A DNA stretch of 64,000 bases, from the NCBI GenBank assembly GCA_902539035.1, contig CACBHL010000001.1:30144-94143 (forward strand), given 5' to 3'. Source of the DNA: an uncultured Pelagibacteraceae bacterium. Lineage in GTDB: Bacteria; Pseudomonadota; Alphaproteobacteria; Pelagibacterales; Pelagibacteraceae. Under the pieces are notes generated by a model. It was not told the DNA's origin. It did not search any database and saw only the letters and a list, made by a program, of their open reading frames with translations. The first letter of the stretch is position 1; every line of letters starts with the position of its first letter. The position numbers and the translations under genes are program-made. Of this stretch, positions 1-9,927 are shown piece by piece.

Positions 1-453
1 ATGGCTATGGGAGAAGTTCAGGTAGCAAAAAGAGAAGGGCACAAAGTTCCATTAGGAACAGGACTTACAAAAGATGGTAAAGAAACTACTGATCCAGGAC
101 AAATAGCTGATGGTGGCGTGCTGCTTCCTTTCGGTGGTTATAAAGGTTCTGCAATTGCTATGATGGTAGAATTATTAGCAGGTGCTCTAGTTGGTGATAA
201 TTTTAGTTTTGAAACAGCTGCTAAAGATAATAATGATGGTGGTCCTCCAAGTGGTGGTGAATTTATTTTAGCAATTAGTCCAGATAAAACATCGGGAAAA
301 GACTGGCAAAAACATGCAGATGAATTTTTTGATAAAATGAAGTCTATGGGTGAAGTAAGACTTCCAGGTGAAAGACGACATAAAAACAGATTAGACAAAG
401 GACCAAGAAATATTAACGAGGAATTGGTTAATAAAATTAAATCTTTAAGCTAA
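1..453 (+). CDS. Ldh_2 family (malate/L-lactate/sulfolactate dehydrogenase, ComC/DpkA-like) oxidoreductase, 5' truncated by window edge
   Basis: LLPFGGYKGSAIAMMVELLAG and VRLPGERR motifs typical of Ldh_2 C-terminus. Confidence 0.85.
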   Translation: MAMGEVQVAKREGHKVPLGTGLTKDGKETTDPGQIADGGVLLPFGGYKGSAIAMMVELLAGALVGDNFSFETAAKDNNDGGPPSGGEFILAISPDKTSGKDWQKHADEFFDKMKSMGEVRLPGERRHKNRLDKGPRNINEELVNKIKSLS

Positions 454-1221
454 GTTAATTTCAATTGGAGTGTGATCCGAAGGTTTTTCTCTTCCACGAG
501 GATCTTTATTTATATTAATACCTCTAATATTATCAATTATCGAACTTGATACTAAAAAGTGATCAATTCTCATGCCATTATTTTTTTGCCATGCACCTCT
601 CATATAATCCCAAAAGGTATAGCCTTCTTTATCTTCATTAAAATGTCGGTAAACATCACTAAATCCAAGATTTAACATTTCTCTAAATTTTTTTCTTATT
701 TCAAGTCGATACAAAGCATCATCTTCAAAACTTTTCACATTATAAACATCCTCTGCAGCAGGAATAACATTAAAATCACCAGCAAGAATTATGTTAGAAT
801 TTTTCTTTGATAAGGATTTTAATTGTTTGATTAATTGATCCATCCAATTTTTTTTATAATCATATTTTTCTGTATCGACCGGATTTCCATTTGGAGTATA
901 AATATTTATTAATTGAATAGTTTTTTTCTTATATTCAACTTCAGCAGAAATAATTCTAGACTGCTTTAATTTATCCTTAATTAAATCTGTTCTAATGTTA
1001 GTTAGTTTTTTTTTTGAAATAATTGCTACACCATTATAGCTTTTTTGACCAAACACATGACTTTCATAGTCCATTGAGGAAAAGTCGTCATAAGGGAAAT
1101 TAATATCCTCAGTTTTTATCTCCTGCATCATTAAAATATCTGGTTTATATTTTAGTAGATAGCTTTTGATATTTTCTATTCTTGCTCTAACAGAATTAAC
1201 ATTCCACGATGAGATGAGCAT
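445..1221 (-). CDS. xth: Exodeoxyribonuclease III
   Basis: SWNVNS, QEIK, GDFN, RIDH, SDH motifs; start moved to ATG at 1221, overlapping upstream stop (TAATG). Confidence 0.95.
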   Translation of the reverse strand: MLISSWNVNSVRARIENIKSYLLKYKPDILMMQEIKTEDINFPYDDFSSMDYESHVFGQKSYNGVAIISKKKLTNIRTDLIKDKLKQSRIISAEVEYKKKTIQLINIYTPNGNPVDTEKYDYKKNWMDQLIKQLKSLSKKNSNIILAGDFNVIPAAEDVYNVKSFEDDALYRLEIRKKFREMLNLGFSDVYRHFNEDKEGYTFWDYMRGAWQKNNGMRIDHFLVSSSIIDNIRGININKDPRGREKPSDHTPIEINLA

Positions 1222-1538
1222 TAAAGAGAGAATGAAACTCCACACCCACAAGAAGATTTTGTTTGAGGGTTGGAAATTTTAAAAGACTCACCAATTAATT
1301 CAGATACATAATCAACTTCAGATCCTTTTAATAAGTCAGCTGAAGCTTTATCAATTAAAATATTTTGATAATTAAGATCATCAGCTTGTTTTGATTTGTC
1401 AAAAGTAAATTCATATTGAAAACCAGAACAACCACCACCTTTAATAGCGATTCTAAAAAAAGAACCTTCGTCTTTTTTTGACAATAAATTTTCTATTTGT
1501 TTTAACGCTTTATCCGTAAATTTAATTTCTTTAATCAT
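1221..1538 (-). CDS. erpA: Iron-sulfur cluster insertion protein, HesB/IscA/ErpA family
   Basis: GGGCSGFQY and C-terminal SCGCGVSF motifs. Confidence 0.9.
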   Translation of the reverse strand: MIKEIKFTDKALKQIENLLSKKDEGSFFRIAIKGGGCSGFQYEFTFDKSKQADDLNYQNILIDKASADLLKGSEVDYVSELIGESFKISNPQTKSSCGCGVSFSL

Positions 1539-1588
1539 GACTGAACACTGATATTACTAATATAATACTTAATTATTTAAATTAAAGG

Positions 1589-2707
1589 ATGAAAAAAGAC
1601 ACTTTGTTGGGAGTATTTAAAAGTAAAGGTAGACTTAATAAAGAATCTAACTCTAAGTATCGATCACCTTTTCAAAGAGACAGAGATAGAATTATCCATA
1701 GTGCCTCGTTTCGAAGACTAAAGCACAAAACGCAAGTTTTCGTAAACACTGAAGGTGATCATTTTAGAACTAGAATAACTCACTCAATTGAAGTTGCCCA
1801 AATAGCAAGATCGATCTCAAAATATTTAGATCTAAATGAGGATTTAGCAGAAACTTTAAGTCTAGCTCATGACTTAGGACACACACCGTTTGGACATGCT
1901 GGAGAAGATGCATTGCATGAATGTATGGATAATCATGGTGGTTTTGATCATAATCTACAAACTTTGAGAATTGTTATGTTTTTAGAAAATAAATATTTAA
2001 AATTTAAAGGATTAAATCTTACCATTGAAACTTTAGAGGGACTTTTAAAACATAATGGACCAGTTCATGAATTGAATATTATAAATAAACTTATTGGATC
2101 AAAAGTTTTTAAAAATAAAATTAAATTTAATACTTTCCCCTCTTTAGAAGCACAAATTTCAGCTATTTCAGACGATATAGCTTATAATAATCATGATATT
2201 CAAGATGGAATTAAAGCAAATCTTTTTAAATTAGAAGAGCTATGTGAGATTAATTTTCTTAAAAATATTTATGTAAATTATAAGAAAAAGATAAATAAAA
2301 AAAATTATAAAATAGCAATTAATCAGATAGTAAGAGACTCAATTGATCTAATGATAAAAGACCTGATCACTAACACACAAAAAAATATAAAGAGATTAAA
2401 AATAAAATCTCTTAAAGATATTGCAAAATCAAAAGAATTAATAGTTTGTTTCTCTAAAAATATTCAAAGTTCGGAAAAAGAAATTAAATCATTTTTAAGA
2501 TCTAACATGTATGATAATAAATCTGTTTTAAGAAAAAATCAAAGAGGTAAAAAAATTATAAAAAAATTATTCAAGATAATTCAATCTTCACCTAGAAAAT
2601 TTCTTACAAAAGAACAATTGACTAAAGATAAATATAGAGCTATCTCAGATTTTATTTCTGGTATGACTGACCGTTATGCAATCAACCTTTACAATGCAAA
2701 TAAATGA
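1589..2707 (+). CDS. dgt: dGTP triphosphohydrolase (HD domain)
   Basis: RSPFQRDRDRIIHS, RTRITHSIEV, AHDLGHTPFGHAGE motifs. Confidence 0.95.
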   Translation: MKKDTLLGVFKSKGRLNKESNSKYRSPFQRDRDRIIHSASFRRLKHKTQVFVNTEGDHFRTRITHSIEVAQIARSISKYLDLNEDLAETLSLAHDLGHTPFGHAGEDALHECMDNHGGFDHNLQTLRIVMFLENKYLKFKGLNLTIETLEGLLKHNGPVHELNIINKLIGSKVFKNKIKFNTFPSLEAQISAISDDIAYNNHDIQDGIKANLFKLEELCEINFLKNIYVNYKKKINKKNYKIAINQIVRDSIDLMIKDLITNTQKNIKRLKIKSLKDIAKSKELIVCFSKNIQSSEKEIKSFLRSNMYDNKSVLRKNQRGKKIIKKLFKIIQSSPRKFLTKEQLTKDKYRAISDFISGMTDRYAINLYNANK

Positions 2708-4434
2708 ATATTTTTGAAATTTATCTAGAAAAAATCAAATCGATACTTAGTGAACTTAAAAAAGATAATAAAATAATTATTCCTGATAATTTTAATGGAA
2801 TAAACGCTGAAATACCTCCACCAAAATTTAATTGCGACATCTCAACAAATGTTGCAATGGTTTTATCTAAAATTAATAATAAACCACCTCTTGAACTAGC
2901 AGAACAACTTGCACCTATAATACAAGATAAAGATAAATTAATTGAAACAATAACTATTGCTAAGCCTGGTTTTATTAACATAAAGTTTAAGAAATCTTTC
3001 TGGGCAAATTTTACTAAAGAAATTAGTGAAAATTTTGAAACTTTTGGAATAAATCAAAAAGAAAAAAAGAACAATTATCTTGTGGAATTTGTGTCTGCTA
3101 ACCCAACAGGACCATTACACGTAGGACATTGTCGTGGTGCAATACTTGGAGATGTAATTTCAAACATTTTAATCTTTAATAAACACAAAGTTACTAAAGA
3201 ATACTATGTAAATGACTATGGCAATCAAATTATTAATTTTACAAAATCAGTATATTTTCGAATACGAGAAATAACACATAAAGAACCTTTTCCATCTGAT
3301 AATGAAGATTTATATCCTGGTGATTACTTAATAGATTTTGCAAAAAATATATCCTCTAACTCTAATTTGAATTTTAATAATTATGATGAAATTTGTGAGA
3401 AACTAACTGAACTATCAATTGAACAAGCATTACTGCTAATTAAAAACAATCTTAATAGTCTTGGTATAAATCACGATAATTTTGTAAGTGAAAAAAAAAT
3501 TGTTTTAGACAAAGAAGTTGAAAATGTTGTTCAATTTTTAGAGAAAAATAAGTTTGTTTATAAAGGTAAAATCAAAGCACCAGAAGGTGAGGACAATAAT
3601 AATTGGGTAGAGCGTGAGCAATTGTTATTTAAATCTACAGATTTTGGTGATGATAAAGATCGTGCTCTCCAAAAATCAGATGGATCATGGACATATTTTG
3701 CAAGTGATGTTGCTTATCATAAAAATAAAGTAGATAGAAAATTTGATTATCTTATTAATATACTAGGCGCAGATCATGCTGGATATATAAAAAGAATTTC
3801 ATCATCAGTCGAAGCCCTTTCAGGAGAGAAAGATAAATTAATTTGTAAAATAAGTCAGTTAGTAAAACTTATAAAAGACAATAAACCTTTTAAAATGTCT
3901 AAAAGAAAAGGGGACTATATTACTGTTGATGATCTTATAGAAGAAGTTGGCAAAGACGCTACACGATTTATTATGCTGAACAGAAGCAGTGATGCAGAAC
4001 TCGATTTTGATTTTGATGCAGTAAAAGAAAAGTCAAAAGATAATCCATTATATTATGTACAATATTGTTATGCACGAATTTCATCTGTTTTTAGACACAT
4101 TAATAAAGATTTAGATAAAAAAATTGAAACCAATAATTTTAATTTTGAATATTCTGACGATGAAATAAAAATTTTAAAAAAATTGTCTGAATGGCCAAAA
4201 TGTATTGATATATCAAGTACAAAACTTGAACCACATAGAATTCCTGTCTATCTATATGAGTTAGCCTCAGAATTTCACTCATATTGGAATCTTGGAAAAC
4301 AACAACCAGATAAACGTTTTATAAATGAGCAAAAAGAAGTTCCGTTAGATAAGCTGGTATTCTTAAAAGTTATTTCTAATGTAATAAAATCTGGAATGGA
4401 TATTGTTGGTGTAGATACTCCGTCTAAAATGTAA
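2704..4434 (+). CDS. argS: Arginine--tRNA ligase
   Basis: VEFVSANPTGPLHVGH (HIGH-like), KMSKR, YYVQY motifs. Confidence 0.97.
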   Translation: MNIFEIYLEKIKSILSELKKDNKIIIPDNFNGINAEIPPPKFNCDISTNVAMVLSKINNKPPLELAEQLAPIIQDKDKLIETITIAKPGFINIKFKKSFWANFTKEISENFETFGINQKEKKNNYLVEFVSANPTGPLHVGHCRGAILGDVISNILIFNKHKVTKEYYVNDYGNQIINFTKSVYFRIREITHKEPFPSDNEDLYPGDYLIDFAKNISSNSNLNFNNYDEICEKLTELSIEQALLLIKNNLNSLGINHDNFVSEKKIVLDKEVENVVQFLEKNKFVYKGKIKAPEGEDNNNWVEREQLLFKSTDFGDDKDRALQKSDGSWTYFASDVAYHKNKVDRKFDYLINILGADHAGYIKRISSSVEALSGEKDKLICKISQLVKLIKDNKPFKMSKRKGDYITVDDLIEEVGKDATRFIMLNRSSDAELDFDFDAVKEKSKDNPLYYVQYCYARISSVFRHINKDLDKKIETNNFNFEYSDDEIKILKKLSEWPKCIDISSTKLEPHRIPVYLYELASEFHSYWNLGKQQPDKRFINEQKEVPLDKLVFLKVISNVIKSGMDIVGVDTPSKM

Positions 4435-4697
4435 TGTTAAAAGAAATCAAATATTTAATTTTTATAATAGTTATCTCAGTATTTATTTTTTTTACTGGCA
4501 GATACTATTTTTCTGATGAAAATTTAAAAAATTCTTATCGTTCCTTTAAAAATAATGACGAGAAGATTAAACTGTATTCTGAGAACTTACCTGTATTAGA
4601 AAATGATACCCAAGACATCATTGAGTATGTAAAACAAACAAATAAAGATAAGAAAAAAAAGTTTAATTTCTGGAAACTTTTAGAAAATGATAAGTAA
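4434..4697 (+). CDS. Small single-TM hypothetical protein at the argS-nagZ position
   Basis: 87 aa, N-terminal hydrophobic helix, overlaps both neighbours. Confidence 0.75.
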   Translation: MLKEIKYLIFIIVISVFIFFTGRYYFSDENLKNSYRSFKNNDEKIKLYSENLPVLENDTQDIIEYVKQTNKDKKKKFNFWKLLENDK

Positions 4698-5637
4698 AAG
4701 AAAAGCCTTTATTACCGGTATTAAATCACTAAAATTAACAACTAGTGAAGTAAAATTTTTAAAAAAACAAAAACCCTGGGGAATAATATTATTTTCAAGA
4801 AATATTAAATCTATAAACCAGACTAAATTATTAACTCATAGCATCAGAAAGCTATTCAAAGATCCCCACTATCCTATCTTAATTGATCAAGAAGGAGGAA
4901 GAGTAAACAGGTTAAAAAATATTATAACCTTTGATAATTTGACAGGCGAATATTTTGGAAAATTATATGTCAAAGATAAAAGAAAATTTAATATTATTTA
5001 TAGATTATTCATTGATAAATCTTCATATCTTCTAAAACAAATAGGTGTAAATATTAATACACTACCCGTGTTGGATCTTAGAATTAAGGGATCGAGTAAT
5101 ATTATTGGTGATAGATCGTTCTCAGAAAATAAGAAAATTGTTTCAAAGGTAGGTGATATTTGTATTGATTTATTTAACCAAAACTCAATAGGCACGGTAA
5201 TCAAGCACATACCAGGTCATGGACTTGCAAAGGTAGACAGTCATAATTTTACACCAGTTGTAGATAAGAGCATTAATTACCTTAGTAAAAATGATTTCTT
5301 TCCTTTTAAAAATAAAGATAGTTTATTCGCCATGACTGCCCATATTATTTATAAAAAAATTGATCCACTTAACACTGCAACTCATTCTAAAAAAATTATA
5401 AATATAATTCGAAAACAAATAGGATTTAAAAATGTTTTGATTTCTGATGACTTATCGATGAAGAGTTTAAAATATGACTTAATTACTAATACAATTAAAA
5501 GTTTTAAAGCTGGATGCAACCTAGCCTTACATTGTAACGGTAATTTCAATGAAATGAAGGTTGTTGCTGAAAATTCACCACTAGTAAATAATTTTATTAT
5601 CAAAAAAACATCACTATTTTACAAGAATTTAAGTTAA
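4687..5637 (+). CDS. nagZ: Beta-N-acetylhexosaminidase (GH3)
   Basis: DQEGGRV, KHIPGHG, DSH, SDDLSM motifs. Confidence 0.93.
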   Translation: MISKRKAFITGIKSLKLTTSEVKFLKKQKPWGIILFSRNIKSINQTKLLTHSIRKLFKDPHYPILIDQEGGRVNRLKNIITFDNLTGEYFGKLYVKDKRKFNIIYRLFIDKSSYLLKQIGVNINTLPVLDLRIKGSSNIIGDRSFSENKKIVSKVGDICIDLFNQNSIGTVIKHIPGHGLAKVDSHNFTPVVDKSINYLSKNDFFPFKNKDSLFAMTAHIIYKKIDPLNTATHSKKIINIIRKQIGFKNVLISDDLSMKSLKYDLITNTIKSFKAGCNLALHCNGNFNEMKVVAENSPLVNNFIIKKTSLFYKNLS

Positions 5638-5646
5638 TATCTCGTT

Positions 5647-6390
5647 ATGTCTGTGTCTGATTCTGCTTTGTTTAATGTCGATATAAATAACTATAACGGT
5701 CCATTAGATGTTCTTTTAGATTTAGCGAAAGCTCAAAAAGTTGATCTTGAAGAAATATCAATAACAAAGCTAGCAGATCAATTTCATGAATATATTACAA
5801 AAGAAAAAGATTTAAATTTAGAAATAGCCTCGGAGTATTTATTAATGGCAACATGGCTTGCTTATTTAAAATCTAAGTTATTACTACCTGGAACCCCAGA
5901 GGAAGAATTTAAAGTTCAAGAAGTGGCAGAAAAATTAAAGTTACAACTAAAAAAATTAGAACTTATTCGTTTACTTTCTGAACAAATGCTTAAAAGAAAA
6001 AGGTTAGGTCGTGAAATAAGAACAAGAGGGATGAAGGGAAGTATCAGATCTATTTACAGCACTGAATATAATTTAAGTTTATTTGAACTTTTAAAAACCT
6101 ATTCAACTATTATTATGACTAAAGATTTTCAAAGAATGAACATTCCAAAATTACCAGTATTTACCACAGAAGATGGAATTAAAACTATTAAAGATTTTTT
6201 TGGAAAACTAGCTGACTGGAAAAAACTTGATGAATTAATCCCTGCAAATTTTAAATCTGGTTCAAGATATAAAAGAACTGGTAAAGCAGGAATTTTCGCT
6301 GGATCTCTTGAGCTTGCTAAAGAAGGCGATCTTTCTATTAAACAAGAAAAATTATTTGATGATATTTATGTAAAGGAAGTAAGTGATTAA
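5647..6390 (+). CDS. scpA: Segregation and condensation protein A
   Basis: YNGPLDVLL, ASEYLLMATWLAYLKSKLLLP. Confidence 0.93.
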   Translation: MSVSDSALFNVDINNYNGPLDVLLDLAKAQKVDLEEISITKLADQFHEYITKEKDLNLEIASEYLLMATWLAYLKSKLLLPGTPEEEFKVQEVAEKLKLQLKKLELIRLLSEQMLKRKRLGREIRTRGMKGSIRSIYSTEYNLSLFELLKTYSTIIMTKDFQRMNIPKLPVFTTEDGIKTIKDFFGKLADWKKLDELIPANFKSGSRYKRTGKAGIFAGSLELAKEGDLSIKQEKLFDDIYVKEVSD

Positions 6391-7084
6391 AAAACAAAAA
6401 ATTAATAAAGATAATGTAGTCAAGTTTCCCTCAAAATTAACTGAAATTGAGAAAGAAATAGAGGGAGTAATTTTTGCTGCTGCTGAACCACTTGATGTCG
6501 ATACTATTGAAAGCAAACTTTCAAAAAAATTAAATGTTTCAAAATCATTAGAAAAATTACAACAAGAATACTCAAATCGAGGAATAAATTTAGTATGCAT
6601 TAAAGACAAGTGGTCTTTTAGAACATCTCCGAATTTAGCAAACCTTATGTCTCAAGAAAAAACTGTTGAAAAAAAATTATCCAGAGCCGCGGTCGAAACT
6701 TTAGCTATAATTGTTTATCACCAACCAGTAACAAGAGCTGAAATTGAGGAGATAAGAGGTGTAGCTTTTGGAACAAATACACTTGATATTTTAATGGAGC
6801 TAAATTGGGTTAAACCTGGGGGAAGAAAAGATGTACCTGGTAGACCTATTCAATATGTAACTACAGATGATTTTTTAAGTCATTTTAATATCCAAAAACT
6901 ATCAGATCTTCCAAATATCGATGAATTAGGTGCAGCAGGTATGATTGATAGCTCAAGTGTTGATAGCGCTATTTTTGGAACAGGTAAGTTTTATAAAGAG
7001 AAGCAGGAAGAAAAAAAAGAAGATATTTATTCTAATATTGATGAGATGCTGAATAGCACTCTTGATAGCGAAGAGAAAGAGTAA
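6383..7084 (+). CDS. scpB: Segregation and condensation protein B
   Basis: LSRAAVETLAIIVYHQPVTRAEIEEIRGV, PGRP motifs; GTG start. Confidence 0.95.
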   Translation: MIKKQKINKDNVVKFPSKLTEIEKEIEGVIFAAAEPLDVDTIESKLSKKLNVSKSLEKLQQEYSNRGINLVCIKDKWSFRTSPNLANLMSQEKTVEKKLSRAAVETLAIIVYHQPVTRAEIEEIRGVAFGTNTLDILMELNWVKPGGRKDVPGRPIQYVTTDDFLSHFNIQKLSDLPNIDELGAAGMIDSSSVDSAIFGTGKFYKEKQEEKKEDIYSNIDEMLNSTLDSEEKE

Positions 7085-7130
7085 CAAAAAAGTAACTTTT
7101 AAATTTATAATAAAAAGGTTATAAGTTTCT

Positions 7131-7331
7131 ATGAGCATAGGAATTTGGCAAATAGCAGTTGTTGTAATATTGGTAGTCTTATTATTTGGACGAGGTAAAA
7201 TCTCTAGTTTGATGGGAGATGTTGCCAAAGGTATTAAAAGCTTTAAAAAAGGTATGGCGTCAGATGTGACTGACGATACGGAGCCAAAAAATATTTCTGA
7301 CGAAAATAAAGACTCCAATAATAAAGAATAA
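7131..7331 (+). CDS. tatA: Twin-arginine translocase TatA/E
   Basis: TM helix plus LFG hinge and amphipathic helix GIKSFKKG. Confidence 0.93.
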   Translation: MSIGIWQIAVVVILVVLLFGRGKISSLMGDVAKGIKSFKKGMASDVTDDTEPKNISDENKDSNNKE

Positions 7332-7336
7332 CTCAC

Positions 7337-7555
7337 ATGCCTACTATTGGTTGGTTTGAGATATTGATAGTTGTTGCTATCGCTATAGTTGTTCTTGGTC
7401 CCAAAGATTTTCCAGTTATGTTAAAAAAAGCAGGTTCATGGATCGGCACTGCAAAAAGATATGTTAGCAATATTCAAAACGAGGTTTCTAATTTAGAAAT
7501 TGACGATGAAAAAATTAATGACGAAGTAAAAAAAGAATCAAAAAAAGATGAATAA
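7337..7555 (+). CDS. tatB: Twin-arginine translocase TatB (short)
   Basis: IGWFE...VVLGPKDFP motif, between tatA and tatC. Confidence 0.9.
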   Translation: MPTIGWFEILIVVAIAIVVLGPKDFPVMLKKAGSWIGTAKRYVSNIQNEVSNLEIDDEKINDEVKKESKKDE

Positions 7556-8318
7556 TGATGAAAAAGATAGTGGCTTTGTTAGTCACTTAACTGAATTAAG
7601 AAAAAGGCTTATACATAGTTTTATTTTTTTATTAATATTTTTTATTTTCTGCTATTTTTTTGCTGAATATATTTACGGTTTTCTAGTAGACCCATTTGCA
7701 CAAGCTGTAAAAGATGACGGTTCAGATAGAAGATTAATCTTTACAGCACTTCAAGAGACCTTTTTAACTTATTTAAAAGTATCTTTTTTTACAGCATTTT
7801 TTGTAACCTGCCCGTTTATATTAATGCAAATATGGAAGTTTATTGCACCGGGTTTATATAAGCATGAAAAAATTGCAATTTTACCTTATTTAATACTTAC
7901 CCCTATACTTTTTTTTCTAGGAGGTATGTTGGTTTACTATTTGATCATGCCTCTAGCAATTAAGTTCTTTTTATCTTTTGAGAGCACTGGCTTATCAACA
8001 AGTTTGCCAATTCAATTGGAAGCAAAAGTAAATGAATACCTGTCTTTAGTTATGAAACTAATTTTTGCTTTTGGAATTAGTTTTCAATTACCTGTTGTGT
8101 TAAGTCTTTTAGCAAGAATAGGTGTTGTAGATAGCCAGTTTTTAAAAGATAGAAGAAAGTATGTTGTAGTAATAATTTTTGCTGCTGCTGCCTTGTTAAC
8201 ACCTCCAGATCCAATTACACAAATAGGATTAGCAATACCATTGTTAATTTTATATGAATTATCAATATTTTCAGTAAAATTTATAGAAAACAAAAATTTA
8301 GAAAAAACTGATGCATAA
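7548..8318 (+). CDS. tatC: Twin-arginine translocase TatC
   Basis: HLTELRKRL, FIAPGLY, TPPD motifs. Confidence 0.96.
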   Translation: MNNDEKDSGFVSHLTELRKRLIHSFIFLLIFFIFCYFFAEYIYGFLVDPFAQAVKDDGSDRRLIFTALQETFLTYLKVSFFTAFFVTCPFILMQIWKFIAPGLYKHEKIAILPYLILTPILFFLGGMLVYYLIMPLAIKFFLSFESTGLSTSLPIQLEAKVNEYLSLVMKLIFAFGISFQLPVVLSLLARIGVVDSQFLKDRRKYVVVIIFAAAALLTPPDPITQIGLAIPLLILYELSIFSVKFIENKNLEKTDA

Positions 8319-9570
8319 TTTAAAGGAAATTAGAAAAGATTTCCCTGGTTTTGAAAAAGCTTTAGAAAAAAGATCTATTAAAATCGATTTTAAAAAATTA
8401 CAAAATTTGGATGAAAAAAATAGAGATTTAATTCAAAAAAAAGAAGCTATTGAAAAAGAAAAAAAAGATATTTCAAAATCCAAAGACGAAACTTTATTCA
8501 AAAAATCTAAAGATCTCACATTAGAATTAGATAAATTAACTGATTTACAAAAAAATATAAAAAAAGAGTTAGATGTTTTACTTTCTAATATACCCAATAT
8601 TCCTCACGTAGATGTTCCTAGCGGTAGAGATGAAAGTGATAACGTAGAGGTATTAAAATCAGGAAATATACCAAAATTTGATTTTAAACCTAAATCTCAC
8701 TATGAGCTCGGTGAAAATCTTGGAATGTTAGACTTTGATTTAGCGACTAAAACAACAGGATCTAGATTTGTTTTTGTAAAAAATCATTTAGCTTTACTAG
8801 AACGAGCTTTATCTAACTTTATGCTGGATACGCATATAAATAAAAATGGGTATCAAGAAATATCACCACCTTTAATTGCGTCTGATAATACAATGTATGG
8901 AACAGGACAGTTGCCTAAGTTTGAAAATGATCAGTTTGAAATTAAATTTGACGAAGGATCAGATAGAAAATTTTTAATTCCTACAGCTGAAGTAATTTTA
9001 ACTAACATTGTGAAAGACAAAATAGTTGATCAAAATCATTTGCCGATGAGATTTGTAGCTTCAACACCTTGCTTTAGAAAAGAAGCAGGAAGTTACGGTA
9101 AAGATACAAAAGGTATGATTAGACAACATCAATTTTATAAAGTTGAACTTGTAAGTATTGTTGAAAAAGAAAATTGTTTAGATGAGTTAGAAAGAATGAC
9201 AAATTGTGCAACAGACATTCTTGACAAATTGGAACTACCTTACAGAAAAGTTATTTTATGTTCAGGAGATATGGGTTTCAGTGCTGAGAAAACTTATGAT
9301 ATTGAAGTTTGGTTACCATCAGAAAACAATTATCGTGAAATTTCATCATGCTCATCTTGTTCAACATTCCAGGCTCAAAGAATGAAAACTAGATATAAAA
9401 ACAAAAATAAAGAAACCGTATTTGTTGGAACTTTAAATGGAAGTGGGCTTGCAGTTGGTAGGACTTTAATAGCCGTATTAGAAAATTATCAACAAAAGGA
9501 TGGATCGATTGTTGTTCCTAAAGTTCTTAGAGAATATATGAATAATTTAGAATTAATTTCTCAGAAATAA
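8311..9570 (+). CDS. serS: Serine--tRNA ligase
   Basis: LIPTAEV, FRKEAGSYG, EISSCS, TLNGSGLAVGR. Confidence 0.97.
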   Translation: MHNLKEIRKDFPGFEKALEKRSIKIDFKKLQNLDEKNRDLIQKKEAIEKEKKDISKSKDETLFKKSKDLTLELDKLTDLQKNIKKELDVLLSNIPNIPHVDVPSGRDESDNVEVLKSGNIPKFDFKPKSHYELGENLGMLDFDLATKTTGSRFVFVKNHLALLERALSNFMLDTHINKNGYQEISPPLIASDNTMYGTGQLPKFENDQFEIKFDEGSDRKFLIPTAEVILTNIVKDKIVDQNHLPMRFVASTPCFRKEAGSYGKDTKGMIRQHQFYKVELVSIVEKENCLDELERMTNCATDILDKLELPYRKVILCSGDMGFSAEKTYDIEVWLPSENNYREISSCSSCSTFQAQRMKTRYKNKNKETVFVGTLNGSGLAVGRTLIAVLENYQQKDGSIVVPKVLREYMNNLELISQK

Positions 9571-9625
9571 AGTTGTTTTAGAGATAGAGATAGTATAAAT
9601 ATTCACCATATTTAAAAGGAGAATT

Positions 9626-9913
9626 ATGGAAGGTTCAGGAATAGGACAATTTATACCGTTAATTTTAATATTTGTTATTTTTTATTTTTTCTTAATTAGA
9701 CCTCAACAAAAAAAAGTAAAAGAACATAAGGCTATGGTTGAAAATCTCAAAAGAGGTGACAAAGTTATTACTTCAGGGGGTATCACAGGTACAGTTGAGA
9801 GACTTATAGATAATGACAAAGTTGAAGTAGAAATAGCTGAAAATATTAAAGTTGAAGTTGTAAAAGCTACTGGTATTCAAAGTCTTCAAACTACTCAAGA
9901 AGTTAAAAAATAA
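9626..9913 (+). CDS. yajC: Preprotein translocase subunit YajC
   Basis: FYFFLIRPQQK, GDKVITSGG; SD AGGAG upstream. Confidence 0.95.
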   Translation: MEGSGIGQFIPLILIFVIFYFFLIRPQQKKVKEHKAMVENLKRGDKVITSGGITGTVERLIDNDKVEVEIAENIKVEVVKATGIQSLQTTQEVKK

Positions 9914-9927
9914 ATAATTTTAGATAA

